A DNA stretch of 64,000 nucleotides from NCBI RefSeq assembly GCF_009914755.1, contig NC_060942.1, one strand, 5' to 3'. The position numbers and the translations under genes are program-made. Below are positions 19,504-38,764 of this stretch, piece by piece. The notes under the pieces are model-generated. The model was not told the DNA's origin and made no database searches. It worked only from the letters and a program-made list of their open reading frames with translations. Source of the DNA: the human T2T-CHM13v2.0 reference genome, Homo sapiens. The number at the start of each line of letters is the position of its first letter. Within the stretch, counting starts at the first letter, position 1.

Positions 19504-19818
19504 GGCCAGGTGCAGTGGCTCACACCTGTAATCCCAACACTTTGGGAGGCCAAGGCAGGAGGAATGCTTGAAGCCAGGAGTTGAGGACCAGCCTGGGCAA
19601 CAAAGTGAGACCCCATTTCTACAAAAATTTAAAAAATTAGCCAGGCATGGTGGTGTGTGTGTGCCTGTAGTCCTAGCTATTTAGAAGGCTGAGGTGAGAG
19701 GATTGCTTGAGCCCAGGAGTTCAGAGGCAGCAGTGACTTATGATTGCACCGCTGCACTCCAGCTTGGGTGACAGAATAAAATGCGATCTCCAAAAAAACA
19801 CCAAGAAAAAAAAAAACT
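19504..19818 (+). mobile_element. AluJ
   Basis: Dimeric Alu with J diagnostics. Confidence 0.92.
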
Positions 19819-20659
19819 AAACAAGATCCTTAACGTAAAACTCTGAGCACAGATTTTGCTTACAGTAAATTCTTTATAATTGGTAGCCACTATTATTTTA
19901 AGTAAGATAATTTTGATCTCAACGTTTTTCAGGTGTTCTGTAGGGTCTCATTTCCACATCATATGTTACTTCTTTTTGGTTTGTCCTCTCATTGCGCTGT
20001 TTTTCCTGTGAGTCACCTTCAGTTGTCCCTTTTCTCACTCTAGATCTTCTGCTTCTTTTTAGTCTTGGAGCATCTTTATTTTATTTTACTTAGTTTTTCT
20101 CTCCTATGTGTAGAACTTGTCCTTCCTTAATAATCTATTCCAAGACATCCAGCTCTTTCCTGAGAATCACTGCAGAATTAGACCTTCTCCTTGCAGTTTT
20201 GCATAAATTGATATACTTAGTCTTTGTGTTTATGTCTCTTAGAATATGTATAAAATAACATTTTATTATAGAGAAATACAGTTATACTAAAGTCAATTTG
20301 TAAAGAATAGGAGAACACAAAACAAAATTTAAATAACCTTCAGCTCCACCCTCTAGAAATAGTCACTGCTAACATTAATATATCCTTAAAATCATTCATC
20401 TAATTCACCAAATATTTATTATTGATAAATGTTTACTAATAAGATCATACCTTATTAATTACTAGCCATATAATATTAGTTATTAAGGGTTTGCTCTGTG
20501 CCAATAACTGTTCTAAGTGCTGGGGATATAGCAGTGAGCTGAACACACAAAGCCTTTGCTGTCAAAGTGCTTACATGCTAGTGGAGGGAAGGAGAAAATA
20601 AATGAATGCTCATTATATTATCAAATAATGATAATGGTTATGGAGAAATTAAACCGGGA

Positions 20660-23580
20660 TATATCAGTGAGGATTCTAGCAGGAAACAGATGGCTCATTC
20701 GAGTGCAGTAATTCAAAGTTTCATGAAGAGGATGGGCATGATTACAGAAATCAGCAAGGGATGGAGAACAGCCATGGATCAGACAACACTGGGGAGCAGT
20801 TACTACCTGTAGGTCTTCAGGGACCAGGGGAAAGATTGATTACCAGGCCCTGGAAAGTATAGCTGTAGGATTTAGCCATCTGATAGGAGCTCTGGCCTTT
20901 GCTAAAAGGCTCAGCTAGTAGCCCAGCGAGGAGAGAGCCAGGATATAGGGTGACCAGTTCATCCCAGTTTGCCTGGAATTTAGCACTGAAATCTGCAATA
21001 GCCCCTTCAGTTTTAGGCAAACCATTACAGTTAGTCACTCTACTATTTTCCCACTTGTGCCCAAATCTACTTGCATACCAGAGGGCATGGAACCCCAGGT
21101 GGTGCAGTCTGTCAACATCAGTCTCCTGGTACAGAGCAGAGTGGGGCACAGAGCAAGGTGGAGAGTAGATCTGGAGGGGTAAAAGGACAATATTCATTAT
21201 AATCCACCACTTTTATCCTGCAATATCCACCCCAACATAGCAGAAAAACAAAGTCCCTTAAGCTGCCATTTCATTTCAGGTTGACATAATTAAATCATAT
21301 TCCCACCGGAAACCTGGAATTTAACTACCACTAGTGCCCTTCATATAAAATGGTGAAGGAGAGGGGGGAAAGGCATAATTAACATAAAACATGACAGCCA
21401 CTGTTTTTGCTATTCACAAAGCCTAAATTGATAATCCTAATTATCTTCTTCCATTACCCATTTTATATCTCCCTTACTCTCTGCCAGCACCTCAGTGGCA
21501 TAAATTTCTTTACGTAGTTAAGTAATATAAAGCTGCTTTCCTGGATGATCTGAGTCCTCGGTAATCCTGCTTCTTTCAGGCTGCTTCAGTGTACCATTGA
21601 TTAGGCCTACTAGACATGAGAGGACTAAGACGCATCCTATTGAATCCTCTTGAGTTCCAGACATACTCTTTCTTGCCCTTCCTATGTTGCAGCAATCAAT
21701 TCCCCCTTGGTAATTGAGATCAGTCATCCTGTCCAGTAAAGTGATCCCTTCTGTGTTGGTTCAGCAGCATGAGGATCCCAGAATGACCAGGAGACAGTTT
21801 CATTTTTTTTTTTTTTTTTTTTTTTGAAATTAACAAAATGATGACTTTGTTCCATGGTGGAAATTTCTCCTTTGAGCACTAGAACTTCAAACTCACCATG
21901 CCAACAATTATGGTGATAGGAAGCAAAAATAATACAAGCAAATTATTAGGTCTCTAATAAGAGGAACCATTCTCACTCTTCCTCCACCCTTGGTTCCTGT
22001 ACCTGTGTATGTATTCTGGCCACGGTGAAAAAAACAATATTTATTGTCCTTTGATTTAAGGCATATATTGCATCTATATGACAGCACCCCAGACTTACAG
22101 GGTATTGTGTTGTTGACATAACTCAGCCTTTAGCAGATCATTCCACATATTCTGGATTAATGGGCGTATGGCAAGACCTATGAATTACATGTACGTGAAT
22201 TCATTGCTATACTTTCTTTCCTGAAAAATGAGTTATTTGGAGGCAACAGAGTATCGAATACCGTGGTAATAAACAACCTTAAGTCAATGCAAATTTGTAT
22301 CTGGACTATGTATTTAATACTTTGTAAACAAATTGCTGCCCTCTTTTTGATAGAAGTGGTTCAGTGTAATGAATCTGCCCCCATTTCCAGGAAATGGTTT
22401 TGGTCTTGGCTTTTAGGGGCTTGGTTTTGGTCTTGGCTGTTAGCTGCTTGGCCACATAGCAGTTGTGATAGGCATATCAACCTTAATGAGGGGAGGTCCA
22501 TATTATTGAGCCCATATATAGTTTTCATTCCCACTGCCATGACTACTTTGTACATGAGCCTATTGGATAAGCATTGGAAAAGAGACTGGTTGACAGTCAT
22601 AAAGTAGATCATCATGTCTGTCTGATGGAAAGGCTTCTTCACAGTGGATGCCCTTTGGTGAGGATTCACATGGGACACAAATATATTCACATTCATTGCC
22701 CATTCTGGGAATTCCATCCTCATACTTTTCCCCCAGAATCTTTGCTTCCAGTCCTCCAATCTTGTTCTTTCCAGGTACCTACATAATCAAATAACCAATT
22801 AGTCACTACCCATGAATCAATATAAACATATATCTTAGGCTATGTTACCTTTCATGAAAAGTGGACAACTAGGTACATACGTGAAATTCTGCCCACTGGG
22901 AGGATTTGCCTTCACCAGTGTGTTTGAGGCCACTTCTGAGTAGGGGTGTAAGTGAAAGCTATTTACTTTTGGCTGGTGCCACTCCCCACCATTTGTAAAC
23001 CAGTTCTGTAATTTTTCCTTGGCTGTTAACTGGTAATAGGGAATTCCCATGAGACCATAAACATAAATTGAAGGGGAGAGGTAGTGAAGCAGTAGGACCA
23101 GGTACTGTGGAATCCTAGTCACTTGCATATGGAATTTACTTTTCTTCTAGACTTTCTTTTGCAATGGAACGTTGCTTTATGTGTGATTTGGTGGAATAAC
23201 AACCAATACACAATGAGCAGTCTAATGTGTAGTCATTTGGTGCTCTGTGTTCAAGTGTGAAATCTCTATCAGTGCCCAATAGTAAGCCAGGGTCTGCTTT
23301 TCATATAGAAAATGGTTGCTGACAGAAGATGTGGCCGTACTCCAGGGTGGTTCTCTATGGAGGCTTGTGAGAGTCTCTATACAGCATCCATGACTGCCAC
23401 CGGCACTTCCAATACCATTAGTTATCCTGGTAATAAGAGTCTCACTCAAAAGTAGCAACCTTACAAGTTAATTAAATTGGTCATTTCAGCTCATTGAGCT
23501 GTGGTATCTGTCACCTCAAAAATGCAGAGGCGCTCCAAGTCTTGCACCTCCTTGCAATGGTAACATTTGGGTAGAGCTAT
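20660..23580 (-). mobile_element. Ancient ERV-L provirus remnant (RT connection, RNase H, dUTPase fossils; LTR ~20660-21200), embedded in L2
   Basis: Minus-strand ORF pieces YEKQTLAYYWALIE..HL (RT connection), WGKSMRMEFPEWAMNVNIFVSHVNPHQR (RNase H) and DLNYQGGI...INGTLKQP (dUTPase region) occur in ERV-L order. Confidence 0.8.
20946..21042. mobile_element. MER94-like hAT MITE
   Basis: Termini TAGGGTGACCA ... TAGTCACTCTA form imperfect TIRs. Confidence 0.65.
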
Positions 23581-24455
23581 AAATGAAGTGAGAAAACAAG
23601 CCATATGACTATCTGAGAGTGTTCCAGGAAGAGGGAGTAGCAAATGCCAGTGGCTCCTAAATGTATCAGGAACAGAGGGAGCCTGGGGTAGACAGGTATT
23701 AGGGGTGGTAGTGGAATGAAATGAGGGCAGAGAGAAAGAAAGGGACCAGATAATGTGGAACCTTATAAACCATAGTAAGGACTTGGAATTTTATTCCCAA
23801 TATAATAGGAAGCCATTGGGGTTCTTTATACAGGATAATGAGAAAGGTAAGTTAGGGAGAAGAAATCAAATGTTTCAAGAAGAGAGTAATCAACTATTCA
23901 AATCAATCCAGAATAAGATTGAGAAGTGACCATTGGCTTTGTCAAGATAGAGCCTATTAGGGACTTTAATAAATCCAGTTTTGATGGAGTTTCAGAGATA
24001 AAAGCCTAATGACAATGGACTAAAAAGAGAATAGACCAAATGTTGGTTACAGCATAGAACAATGTGAACTCCTCATACACCATCCTGATGGAAGTCTAAA
24101 TTGGTTCAACTACTTTGGAAATACCTAGTTGAGACCCAAACAAGTCAAGGTTATATAAACTTGATATATAACTTATAGTTTATATAACCTAGAGAAACAT
24201 TTGTATATGTGTACCAAGATAGATATACAAGCATATTCATAACAGCATTGTTTATAATAGCAAAATGTTATTGTTTATTGAAGGAGAATAGGTAAATAAA
24301 TTGTAGTGTATGTTACGCTGTAGTAGCAAACATGAATGGACTACAGGTAAACTACATCAACGTGGGTGGATCCTCCAGGTGTAATGTTGAGCAAACAAAG
24401 CAAGCCACAGAATACAAGTAGAATTCCATAAATATATAAAGTTAAAAAACATCCT

Positions 24456-24852
24456 GTTTTAGTCTGCTAGTGCTACCATAAGAAAATACCATCTACTGGG
24501 TAGCTTAAACAACAGAAATTTATTTTTTTACAGTCCTGGAGGCTGAAAGTCCCAAATCAAGGGACCAGCAAAGTTGGTTTCTCCTGAGGCCTCTCTCCAT
24601 GGCTTGCATATGACTTTTCTCTGCACGCAGAGAGTGGCTTTTCTCTGCATGCATGCCTCCTGGTGCCTCTTCATCTTCTCCTGAGAACACTGGTCTTATT
24701 GGATTAGAGCCCTCCCTATGACCTCATTTAACCTTAATTACCTTCCTAAGGGCCCTCTCTACAATCGCATTGGGAGTTAGGGGTTCAACATACGAATTGG
24801 GGATGGTGACAGGGAGGGAGGGGGCAGTGCACAAGCACAAGTCAGTCTATAA
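24456..24852 (-). mobile_element. MLT1A/B-like LTR inside an L1ME fragment
   Basis: GGGTAGCTTAAACAACAGAAATTTATTTT...GGAGGCTG, ACCTCATTTAACCTTAATTACC. Confidence 0.8.
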
Positions 24853-25269
24853 CACATGCAAAACCAAACAATACTTTCTTAAAAATACAAATATTTGGTA
24901 AAGCTCTGAAGAAAGCCAGAGAAGGATAAACACAAAATTTAGCACAGTAATTACAAGAGTAGGTGGGGGAAAGAGATTGGAGGAGGAAGTCAGGAACAGG
25001 GAAGCATGCAGAAGGGAATTCTAGCATGTTGGAAACCTTCTGGTAATTTTTTTTTAAGTTGAATGGAAGGTTCAATTTTGTTTGTTGTATTATTCATTTT
25101 TTAATTGTACATATATGCATATAGATGTATCCATATTTTTGTATATAAAATAATAAAAAATGAGAAAGTAAAGTTTTTCAAGGAGAATTGCTATAAAGGG
25201 AAACAGAAATGAAGCAATAGAAGGATGGAATATAAGGTCAAGGTTTTTTGTGTTGTTGCTTTTTAATAT

Positions 25270-28600
<3,331 letters not shown>

Positions 28601-29367
28601 ACGGTTACCTCATCCTAGGCTTTCTCACATGTGATTCTGTGAAAGAATTAAACCCCAATGCTATCAGGCTCTCTTATACATCTACTATGGTATTAACTGT
28701 GTACCATCATTGGAGAATTAAGAAAATAGTCACTCAGTTCATTTTCTGTTTCATTCTCTTTTGGAACTCTGGTTGAAAAAGGCTGCCTTAGAAATTAGAA
28801 CGTGTACACTGGATTTATTACAGTTTAATTTACTACTTCTAAGACAATGCTGAGACCCTATAATACTGTAGTTCTTCCTATCCCCTCCTCTTGTGCTATT
28901 TTTGCCATATATTTTAATTCTATGTATTTTATAAACTCCACAAAACATTCATATTGCTTTAATCAGTAAGTACACATTTAGATTTACCCGGACACTTTAC
29001 TTTTCCAGTGCTCTTCATTCCTGCATTACCTTGCTTGCATCTGGGATATTTTTTATTCTTGAAGAATTCTGTTTAGTATTTATTTTAGTGCAGGTATATT
29101 TTTAAAAACCTTTCTTGGTTTTTATTTAACTGAAAATATCTTTATTTTAACTTTTCTTTCAGGCATTTTATCTTCTTATGCAAGTCTATGTTGGCACTTC
29201 TTTTCCTTAAGCACTTGGCAGATGACATTCCATTATCTTCTGGTTTTCATCATTTCTATTAAAGTTAGGGTTGAGAGAGAATTCTCCATGGGCTCTTGTG
29301 GGTCTGCACATCTTTTAAGCAAAGGAATTGCCTGCATTTGTTCTGGACTGTTTTTTAAGAATGTTGT

Positions 29368-29668
29368 GGCTGAGCACAGTTGCTCACACCTGTAATCCCA
29401 GCACTTTGGGGGGCTGAGGCAGGCAGATCACGAGGTCAGGAGATCGAGACTATCCTGGCTAACACGGTGAAACGCCATCCTACTAAAAATACAAAAACAA
29501 AATTAGCCAGGCGTGGTGGCGGGCACCTGTAGACCCAGCTACTCGGGGGCTGAGGTGGGAGGATTGCTTGAACCCAGGAGGCGGAGGTTGCAGTGAGCCG
29601 AGATCGCACCACTGCAATCCAGCCTGGGCAACAGAGCAGGATCTATCTCAAAAAAAAAAAAAAAAAAA
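29368..29668 (+). mobile_element. AluSc-like
   Basis: GATCACGAGGTCAGGAGATCGAGAC.ATCCTGGCTAAC and an A tail. Confidence 0.92.
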
Positions 29669-31152
29669 GTTGTATAGCAGGCAACCTTTGAATATAGTGA
29701 TAGTGTCCCCCTCTAAAGCAGAGGACAGATGTCCTTATGTCCCTGCCTCAGGGTTCCTGTCCTGCAACACAACTTACTTTTGTCACCTTGTGGGAATTAG
29801 GGTTCAGGAAGGCAAATACTGCTATTCTGTCTAATGCTGTTGCTGTGTGTAATAAACTGTCATTTGTTTCTTATCTAGGATTCTCATGTCTTCTGCCAGG
29901 GGCTGTGAAACTGGGTAGATTGACTTGTTAGCTTGCACTTAGGGTAAAATCCCAGATTTTTCAGTTTTTGATAGTGTTGGTAATAACGATGGGATGCTGA
30001 CAGAGACATAACTTTCTGGAAGAGGAAGTATAAGGGCCTCACGGGCTCTTTAACAGATTTTGAGGGAAGTCCATGAGAATTGGTAGTGAACATGTTGACC
30101 AAATTGTATGGTCAACAGAGCAATAAATGTTTCTTCGTTTTATTGCCTGTTAATAAGTAGGAATTCAGGAGGTGGTTGCAAGCCAAATCCAGGAAGCATG
30201 TTCAAAGACAGCTATCTAAACAGTACGCTGATTGTTGCTAACTGTCCTCCGGGGGAACTTCAATTTAGTGGTCAGCCTCAGGTGTGTGCCATTGTAACAA
30301 ATAGCAGTTAAGCTTCATATTGGGTGGACAAAAGTTTCCACCCACTTTCAGACAGTTACAAAGATATGTAGCTACACTGAGCATAAAAGGAGGAAAATTG
30401 ATGAACACTATGGACAGAAAGCAGGTGAATTGCTAGAACTTTGGCTGGTTTGCTTGGGTTGGTTGCTTAAAGATTAAGGAAGAATGGAAATAGCTGAGCC
30501 ATCTTACTACTTAGTCCCTCCTATAGTCTGTCATGCCAACCTTAGATCCCTTTGGAGATGACACTAAAAGTAATTTCAGAGTTCTTTTACAGTGGATCTA
30601 AGATGTGATAGAGGAACTTTGGCACCCTACGAGAGAGGGGGCTTTCCCTCAGACAGACAAAACTCCTGCGAGATACCACGGACAAGATATTAACTCGTAT
30701 CCAGGCTCTTACAGCTCCACACTGAAATTACAGTGCTGATGAAAATGACCAACTTGATATGAAGAATTAGATAAAGTGTACTGTTGTTACTGCTTCTACA
30801 TCTGAATGTTTAGTAGGTATTAGTTCTTGTATTTCAGTATCACTTAAGTGCCAGAGGGGATCCTCCCTATTGGAAAGAACTGAATATAGGGAAGTGCCAG
30901 AAGTCCTTTGGGACCCCTCATAAACCTAATGACTCCTTTGAGCTAGTCTTTATTTATAACTAATGATTCTGCTAATTGGAGCCGTTGGCAAGAGGGAAGA
31001 AGCCTCCACTTGGAAGTACCCCTTTAGGTTTTAGACTTTCGCCCGAATTGAATGTGTTTTCAGCTCTCCAGACTATTTGTAGTCTGACAGTGATATGCCT
31101 TTTGTAATAAACACCACTCAACAATGGGCTGATAGCCAAGAAATTCAGTGGG

Positions 31153-31282
31153 AACCGGTGCTGTGGCATAGGCCTGTAATACTAGCTACTTAGAGGGCTA
31201 AGGTAGGATTGTTTGAGCTCAGGAGTTTAAGATCAACCTGGGCAACCTAATGAGACTGCATCTCAAAGAAAGAAAAAAAAAA
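31153..31282 (+). mobile_element. FLAM/Alu monomer
   Basis: Monomeric Alu with A tail and TSD AAATTCAGTG. Confidence 0.85.
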
Positions 31283-31930
31283 TTCAGTGAGGCTTTCATG
31301 TGCCCTACCATCATAGGTATCTGGTATTGTTGAGTATAGGAATGGCTCCTCAAAAGTCAACTCAAAAAAGATATCTAACTCTACCTTCCTAGCCTTTTTC
31401 TGGTTCACACTCCTTAGTAAGGAAGTTTGTTCACTGAATATGGCTGTTGCCAGAAAGGGATTATGTCTTCTTGGTCACTTCCTTAGAAATAACCAGAACA
31501 AAAGAGGTAGAAATTTTTTATAGACCTGATTTTGAAAATTTAGGATTCTGTTCTGACCATTCCTGGGCACGATGTTTCTTTCTTTCCCCTAATGGCAGTT
31601 GCTGGCCAGCCTGGTTTGTGGTAGGTATACCTTCCCAGTTACAGCCTAGCCAAAATGGAGCTTATGGGGTTCAAATTTAATTCTGATCCAGCTATCTGGA
31701 TTCTTTTTGTTGGATAGCATGTCCTAAATCATAAAGATAATGATCACTCAGTTGAGTGCACTGCTTGCAAAGTGGCTCATATAGACCATAACACAATACA
31801 TTTTCTTGTAACCAATTTTCAGAGTGATTTATATTATCACTTTGTGGTCTGTGTTTACTGCTACAAATTGACATATACAAATATAGATCTCTTTTTTTCC
31901 CGTAATTCAACAGTTTTACTTACTTTGGTA

Positions 31931-32380
31931 TGTGAAAGGAAAATAAATCTCCAGACCCCAAAGTCACTAAGCTTCAAGGAAAAGTCAAGCTGGGAACTCC
32001 TTAGGACAAACCTGCCTCCCATTCTATTTAAAGTCATACCTCTGCTCATTGAGAGAAATGCATATCTGATTGCTTCCTTTGGAAAGGCTAATCAGAATCT
32101 CAAAAGAATACAGCCCTTTATCTCTTATCTACCTATGATCTGGAAGCCCCCCCTTCCCTGCTTTGGTTATCCCACCTTTCAGATCAAACCAGTGTACATC
32201 TTACATATATTGATTGATGTCTCATGTGCCCCTAAAATGTATAAAACCAAACTGTGCCCTGACCACCTTGGGCACATGTCATCAGGACCTCCTGAGGCTG
32301 TGTCACGGGCATGTCCTTAACCTTGGCAAAATAAAATTTCTAAATTTACTGAGACCCATCTCAGATATTTGTGGTTCTCA
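31931..32380 (+). mobile_element. MER4A-like solo LTR
   Basis: TGTGAAAGGAAAATAAATCT...AAAAGTCAAGCTGGGAAC; ends CA; perfect 4-bp TSD GGTA. Confidence 0.9.
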
Positions 32381-33304
32381 GGTATATTCATTTTTAAAAA
32401 TAGCTAATGCATGCAAGTGATGAAAGAGTCAAGCATTATCAAAGTGTATGCAATAAAAAGTTTCTCAGAATTCCTCATACTCCTCACCGTGTGACTCCCA
32501 GTTTTCTTCAGGTGTAATTATTGTTATTTTCGTGGATATTCTTCCTAAAGACATTCCTATGGGCAGAACTAGGATGGCCCTCCATTTGAGTGAAAATAAA
32601 AACCATAATTTTCATAGTAAGATGGAAGGTATGCAGCATTATCCCGTTTGGAAGCCTATTGATGTTTTCACATAATAAATTCAAATAGTTGTATGAAAAC
32701 TCAATACTGAAGTGATTGCTGTACTTAAGGACTGGGATCATTCTTATTTATGGCTTTATTATATAAGGTATTGAGAGCATAGTAAACGCTCCACTGGTGT
32801 GTTAACAATCAGTCTTGTACCATTTCTAAAAATTGATAGAGAAGATGCAAACAAAGTAATTGAAGCATTTTCTTTTCCTTGTTTTTCTTTTTCTCTTTTT
32901 TGTTAATACCATACATTTAGCCCAAATTGCTGGGTAGTACTAGATAAAGCCGAACCAACTTCTTTATCTTTTTTGAGATTCACACTGCTTGCCTTATATA
33001 TGTTAATAAAATGCTTATGTATTAGTTCTAATTTAGTCACAATTTACTAATCACTAATTAGGTTTCAGTATTCCTAGATCTCCTGTGACAAACATACAGA
33101 GCATATCTGGTACATCACTTCTATAAATGGTCAATGTGATCCATTACTTATTGAATCTTTCTAGGTTTCTTCAGAGGGTAATGTTCATTTTTTGGAACAC
33201 TCACACTATGATCACATTTTATAGGTAAATACTAATCTGTGTCACCTGAAACTTTCTTACAATATACAGAACACATTCCATTTGGATTTTGTTTATTGTT
33301 CCAG

Positions 33305-35229
<1,925 letters not shown>

Positions 35230-35288
35230 TGAGTATGAAAAAGGTTTTAATCAGTGTTCAACTCTTATGCTACATTAAAACCGCACTG

Positions 35289-35459
35289 GATCCGGATACG
35301 TGTGGTGGCTCACGCCTGTAATCCCAACACTTTGGGAGGCAGATGTGGAAGCATCATTTGAGCCCAGGAGTTTGAGGCTGCAGTGAGCTATGATTCCACC
35401 ATTGCACTCCAGTCTGGGCAACAGAGCAAGACCCTGTCTATTTAAAAAAAAAAAAAAAA
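35289..35459 (+). mobile_element. Alu monomer-length element (J-type)
   Basis: Left-arm start fused to right-arm end, with an A tail. Confidence 0.85.
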
Positions 35460-35551
35460 CACCAATACCACATGGGAGAAAACATTAATTCAGTTTTTGT
35501 AATGAAAGGTTAACTCAGAGCTCAGACATTACTAAAATTAAGAAAAATTCT

Positions 35552-35770
35552 CCAGCCTGACCAACATGGTGAAACCCTGTCTCTACCAAAAAATAAAAAA
35601 TAATTAGCTGGGCATGGTGGCAGGCGCCTGTAGTCCCAGCTATTCGGGAGGCTGAGGCATGAGAATCACTTGAACCTGGGAGGTGGGGGTTGCAGGGAGC
35701 CGAGATCTGCCACTGCATTCCAGCCTGGGCAACAGAGTGAGACTCTCTCAAAAAAAAAAAAAAAAGAAAA
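35552..35770 (+). mobile_element. 5'-truncated AluS
   Basis: Begins CCAGCCTGACCAACATGG. TSD AAGAAAAATTCT (35540-35551) / AAGAAAAACTCT (35770-35781). Confidence 0.9.
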
Positions 35771-36564
35771 AGAAAAACTCTGAGGAAGAGTCCTGCGAGT
35801 TGTGGGAAAACCTTCAAAGTGAAAAACATTTTTACTGAATGTCAGTATACCACAATAGAAACAAATTTCTATCTTTTCTATAAGGTTGGAAAAGCTCTAG
35901 TCTTATTCAGACATAAACTACAGGAAGAGAGTTGTATTATTGTAAGAGATCTAATGCAGAACTTATCAGATATTGTAAAAATCAGTGTGGGAGGTATTCA
36001 GTCAAAAGTCAGAAGGAAATGTATTATCGTTATAATTTCAAACCTTAAGAAAGCCTAAATTACCAATTGCATATCAAATTTTTTTGATAATGTAAGGAAA
36101 ACTTAAATCCCCTCCATATCCTAATTGGCATTTATAATAATATGACACTTAACCCTGACAGCTAGAGTCTTACTTTATGCTAATGCTAGATATCTATTTT
36201 TAAATTCCACGTGTGTAAACATGCTATACTCTTCTGATATTAAACTTACTAAGTACATAATTCCAGTGCCCCCTTTTCTCAGAATTTTTTTTTGTTTTTA
36301 ATTTTGGGGGGTATAGTTTTGGTTTTCCTAGTGCACATTAGTTTGTGCAAGTTCTTGCAATGTTCACAGCAAATATAGATTTATTTTGCTTTGAATAATG
36401 CAGCCCATAAACTTTATTGGTTTGAAAGTTCTTCACTACCATTTAATCACAGCTTCTAAACATGTGAAACAGGATCTTTAAAAAAATTTTCCATATGTCA
36501 AAGTGTAGAGATGTTTCTAGCAGCATTTATCTTGTCATCTATAGATTGAACAAAAAGTGGTAGC

Positions 36565-37419
36565 TGTGAAATTGTGATTTATAATAAATACATATTTGGT
36601 CTTCATCCCCTGGTACAGAGCTTCTAAGACCCTTGAAATTTCCTGAGTGGTAAGAGTAATTAGGATGACAAGCCCCTTTAACCACACCTGAGTTTATGTT
36701 AATGGGATTACTTTTGGAAAGACAGAACCACAGGATGGGGGCTAGTTGCCTCGAGAACCAACCATGTGATTAGAGGGTTGGAACTTTCAGATCAACCCCA
36801 CCTTACCTTGACCTCTGAGAGGAGAGAGGCTGGAGACTGAATTCAGTCACCAGTGGCCAGTGATTTAATCATTCATGCCTACGTGATGTAGCCTTCATAA
36901 AAAACTGAAGGACAGGATTCAGAGAGCTTCCAGGTTGAACTTGTTGAGGTACTAGGAGGGTGGTGTACCTAGGGAGGGCATGGAAGCTCAGTGTTCTTCC
37001 CACACACCTTGCCTTATGCATCTCTTTCATCTGGCTGATCCTTAGTTGTGTTCTTTTACAAGAATCTAGTAAATAAACTTTTCCTACATTCTATGAGTCA
37101 TTCTAGCTAATGCTGAAACTCAAAGAGGGGATTGTAGGAACCTTGGATTTATAGCCAGTTGGTCAGAAGCACCAGTGAAAACATGGACATGAGATTGGTG
37201 TCCAAAACTGACACAATTGGTGTCAGTTGTAGAACTGAGCCCTTAACCTGAAGCATCTATGTTGATCTGATTCCAGGTAGATAGCTTCAAAATTTAATTA
37301 CAGGCACTTAGTGGGTGTCCACAGAAAATTGGAGAATTGTTTGGTTTGGGGAAACCTCATACACATCTGGTGTCAGAAATGTTGTGAGTATAGAGAAGAC
37401 AATAAGTTTTTCCTATACA
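36565..37419. mobile_element. MER21-family solo LTR
   Basis: TG...CA termini, perfect 5-bp TSD GTAGC, and the motif AACCATGTGATTAGAGGGTTGGAACTTTCAG. Confidence 0.88.
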
Positions 37420-38079
37420 GTAGCTAAAGTACCTACATCATTAATTTGTATAGTATATTCTGTGTAAAAATAAGACTTTCTGATATTTTTTTCAAGTGGC
37501 AACATTTATCAGACTTTTTTGATTTCTGACATACATACTGAAAACAGGCAACATACATGCAAAGTTTTCCACTGAAAAATAGAAATAGTTTGAAAAAATA
37601 AAAAATTCAAATTGTCTTTCTGGTATTAACAATTTGATAAGTTCTGCTACTAAAAGTACTACAAAGTTGTTTCCTTTGATTATCCCCTATAATTGTCTAA
37701 TTAATATTTTAATTTAGCAGACATTGTTAAATTCTATTCCTTAGGAGTGTAATGCTAAGGCAAGGCCTTTTGGGAGGTTTTGTAGTACATTAAAAGAATA
37801 TACTATCTCTTCCAATGAAGTGTATATTGTATAGTGATAGAGACTAATATGTACAGAAAACACATGGCTCAATGTAATCATAAAGGTAGGACATGCTTGT
37901 AAGAACTCAGAGGAGTCAAGGTTCAATTCTGATTAGAAAGAAAAGGGAGAGCTTTGTGGAACTCCTGAAGTTTGAGCCTTGAAGGATGGGAATAGAGGCA
38001 TAAAGGCAGGGAGGGAATAATCAACAAAGGCACAAAAGGAAGTGCAAGAAATGTGGAGCATGGTGGTTATCATTTATTC

Positions 38080-38085
38080 AATAAA
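38080..38085 (+). terminator. Candidate poly(A) signal for the zinc-finger transcript
   Basis: AATAAA followed by GT-rich sequence, in an L2-tail-like context. One of several candidates (another at ~36582). Confidence 0.35.
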
Positions 38086-38729
38086 TATTCAGTGTCAGGC
38101 ATTGTACTGGTTCCTGTTGAAGAGGGGTGAGGGAAGGGCCCCTGCCCTCAAGAAGCACACAAACAGTTACGATGCATTATGAAAATGCTTATTGAAACAT
38201 ACATTTCAAAGGGTAAGAATAATGTGGAAATGAAAATCAAGTGGGAAAGAAAAGGAGTGTGATGCTAAACAAGCAGACACTTTAATTTTCTGGGCTGTAG
38301 CTAATTATCTCTAAACAAAAGTACTTGGGGTGGTTAGACTAGATTTTATGTTTCTGCATTTTATTCTCAAAGTAATGAAAAGCCATTAAGGTCCTTGAAT
38401 GATCTTCCTGCTTTAAAAAGAGTTTCAGATTAAAAGGGGGAGAGAAACAACAGAAAGGAAACCCATTTTTAAAGTCTGGAAATAAAATCATGAGGTCCAG
38501 AAGTAGAGGAGCTAAAAGGCATTGACATGCTGATAGGTTGAGAAGTGGGTAAGAGAAAGGTAAAATTTATTATCTGTTCTTTGGAGAATTTAAAAAGCAA
38601 AGAAGAAAAAACAGGGTGGTCTCCAAATTTATTTCTGAAGTTTAGCTATCTCTCCTGAGAATACATTTTGAGAGCCTACTACACATTTCTCTATTTAGTG
38701 TCCTACGGGTAAACTGAAATTCATGAACT

Positions 38730-38731
<2 letters not shown>

Positions 38732-38760
<29 letters not shown>
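38732..38760. repeat. (CA)n microsatellite
   Basis: Direct reading. Confidence 0.95.

Positions 38761-38764
<4 letters not shown>

Larger units (their letters stand above)
29272..31700 (+). mobile_element. ERVL-class LTR (MER76-like) plus decayed internal sequence
   Basis: TGAGAGAGAATTCTCCATGGG start and AATAAA at ~29851. Integrase-like text (TTTCATGTGCCCTACCATCAT.GG.ATCTGGTATTGTTGAG) near 31290-31335. Confidence 0.55.

Noticed and set aside
21803-21825. Isolated T23 run as a processed-pseudogene tail
   Set aside because: No TSD or attached cDNA body seen; more likely slippage expansion.
19356-22440. Short tandem duplications (TGTTTCATCTGTTAATG x2 at ~19356; TGGTTTTGGTCTTGGCT x2 at ~22395)
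   Set aside because: Ordinary slippage duplications inside old LTR/ERV sequence.
31772-32320. 182-aa ORF
   Set aside because: Starts at GTG and runs through the MER4A LTR; no coding signature.
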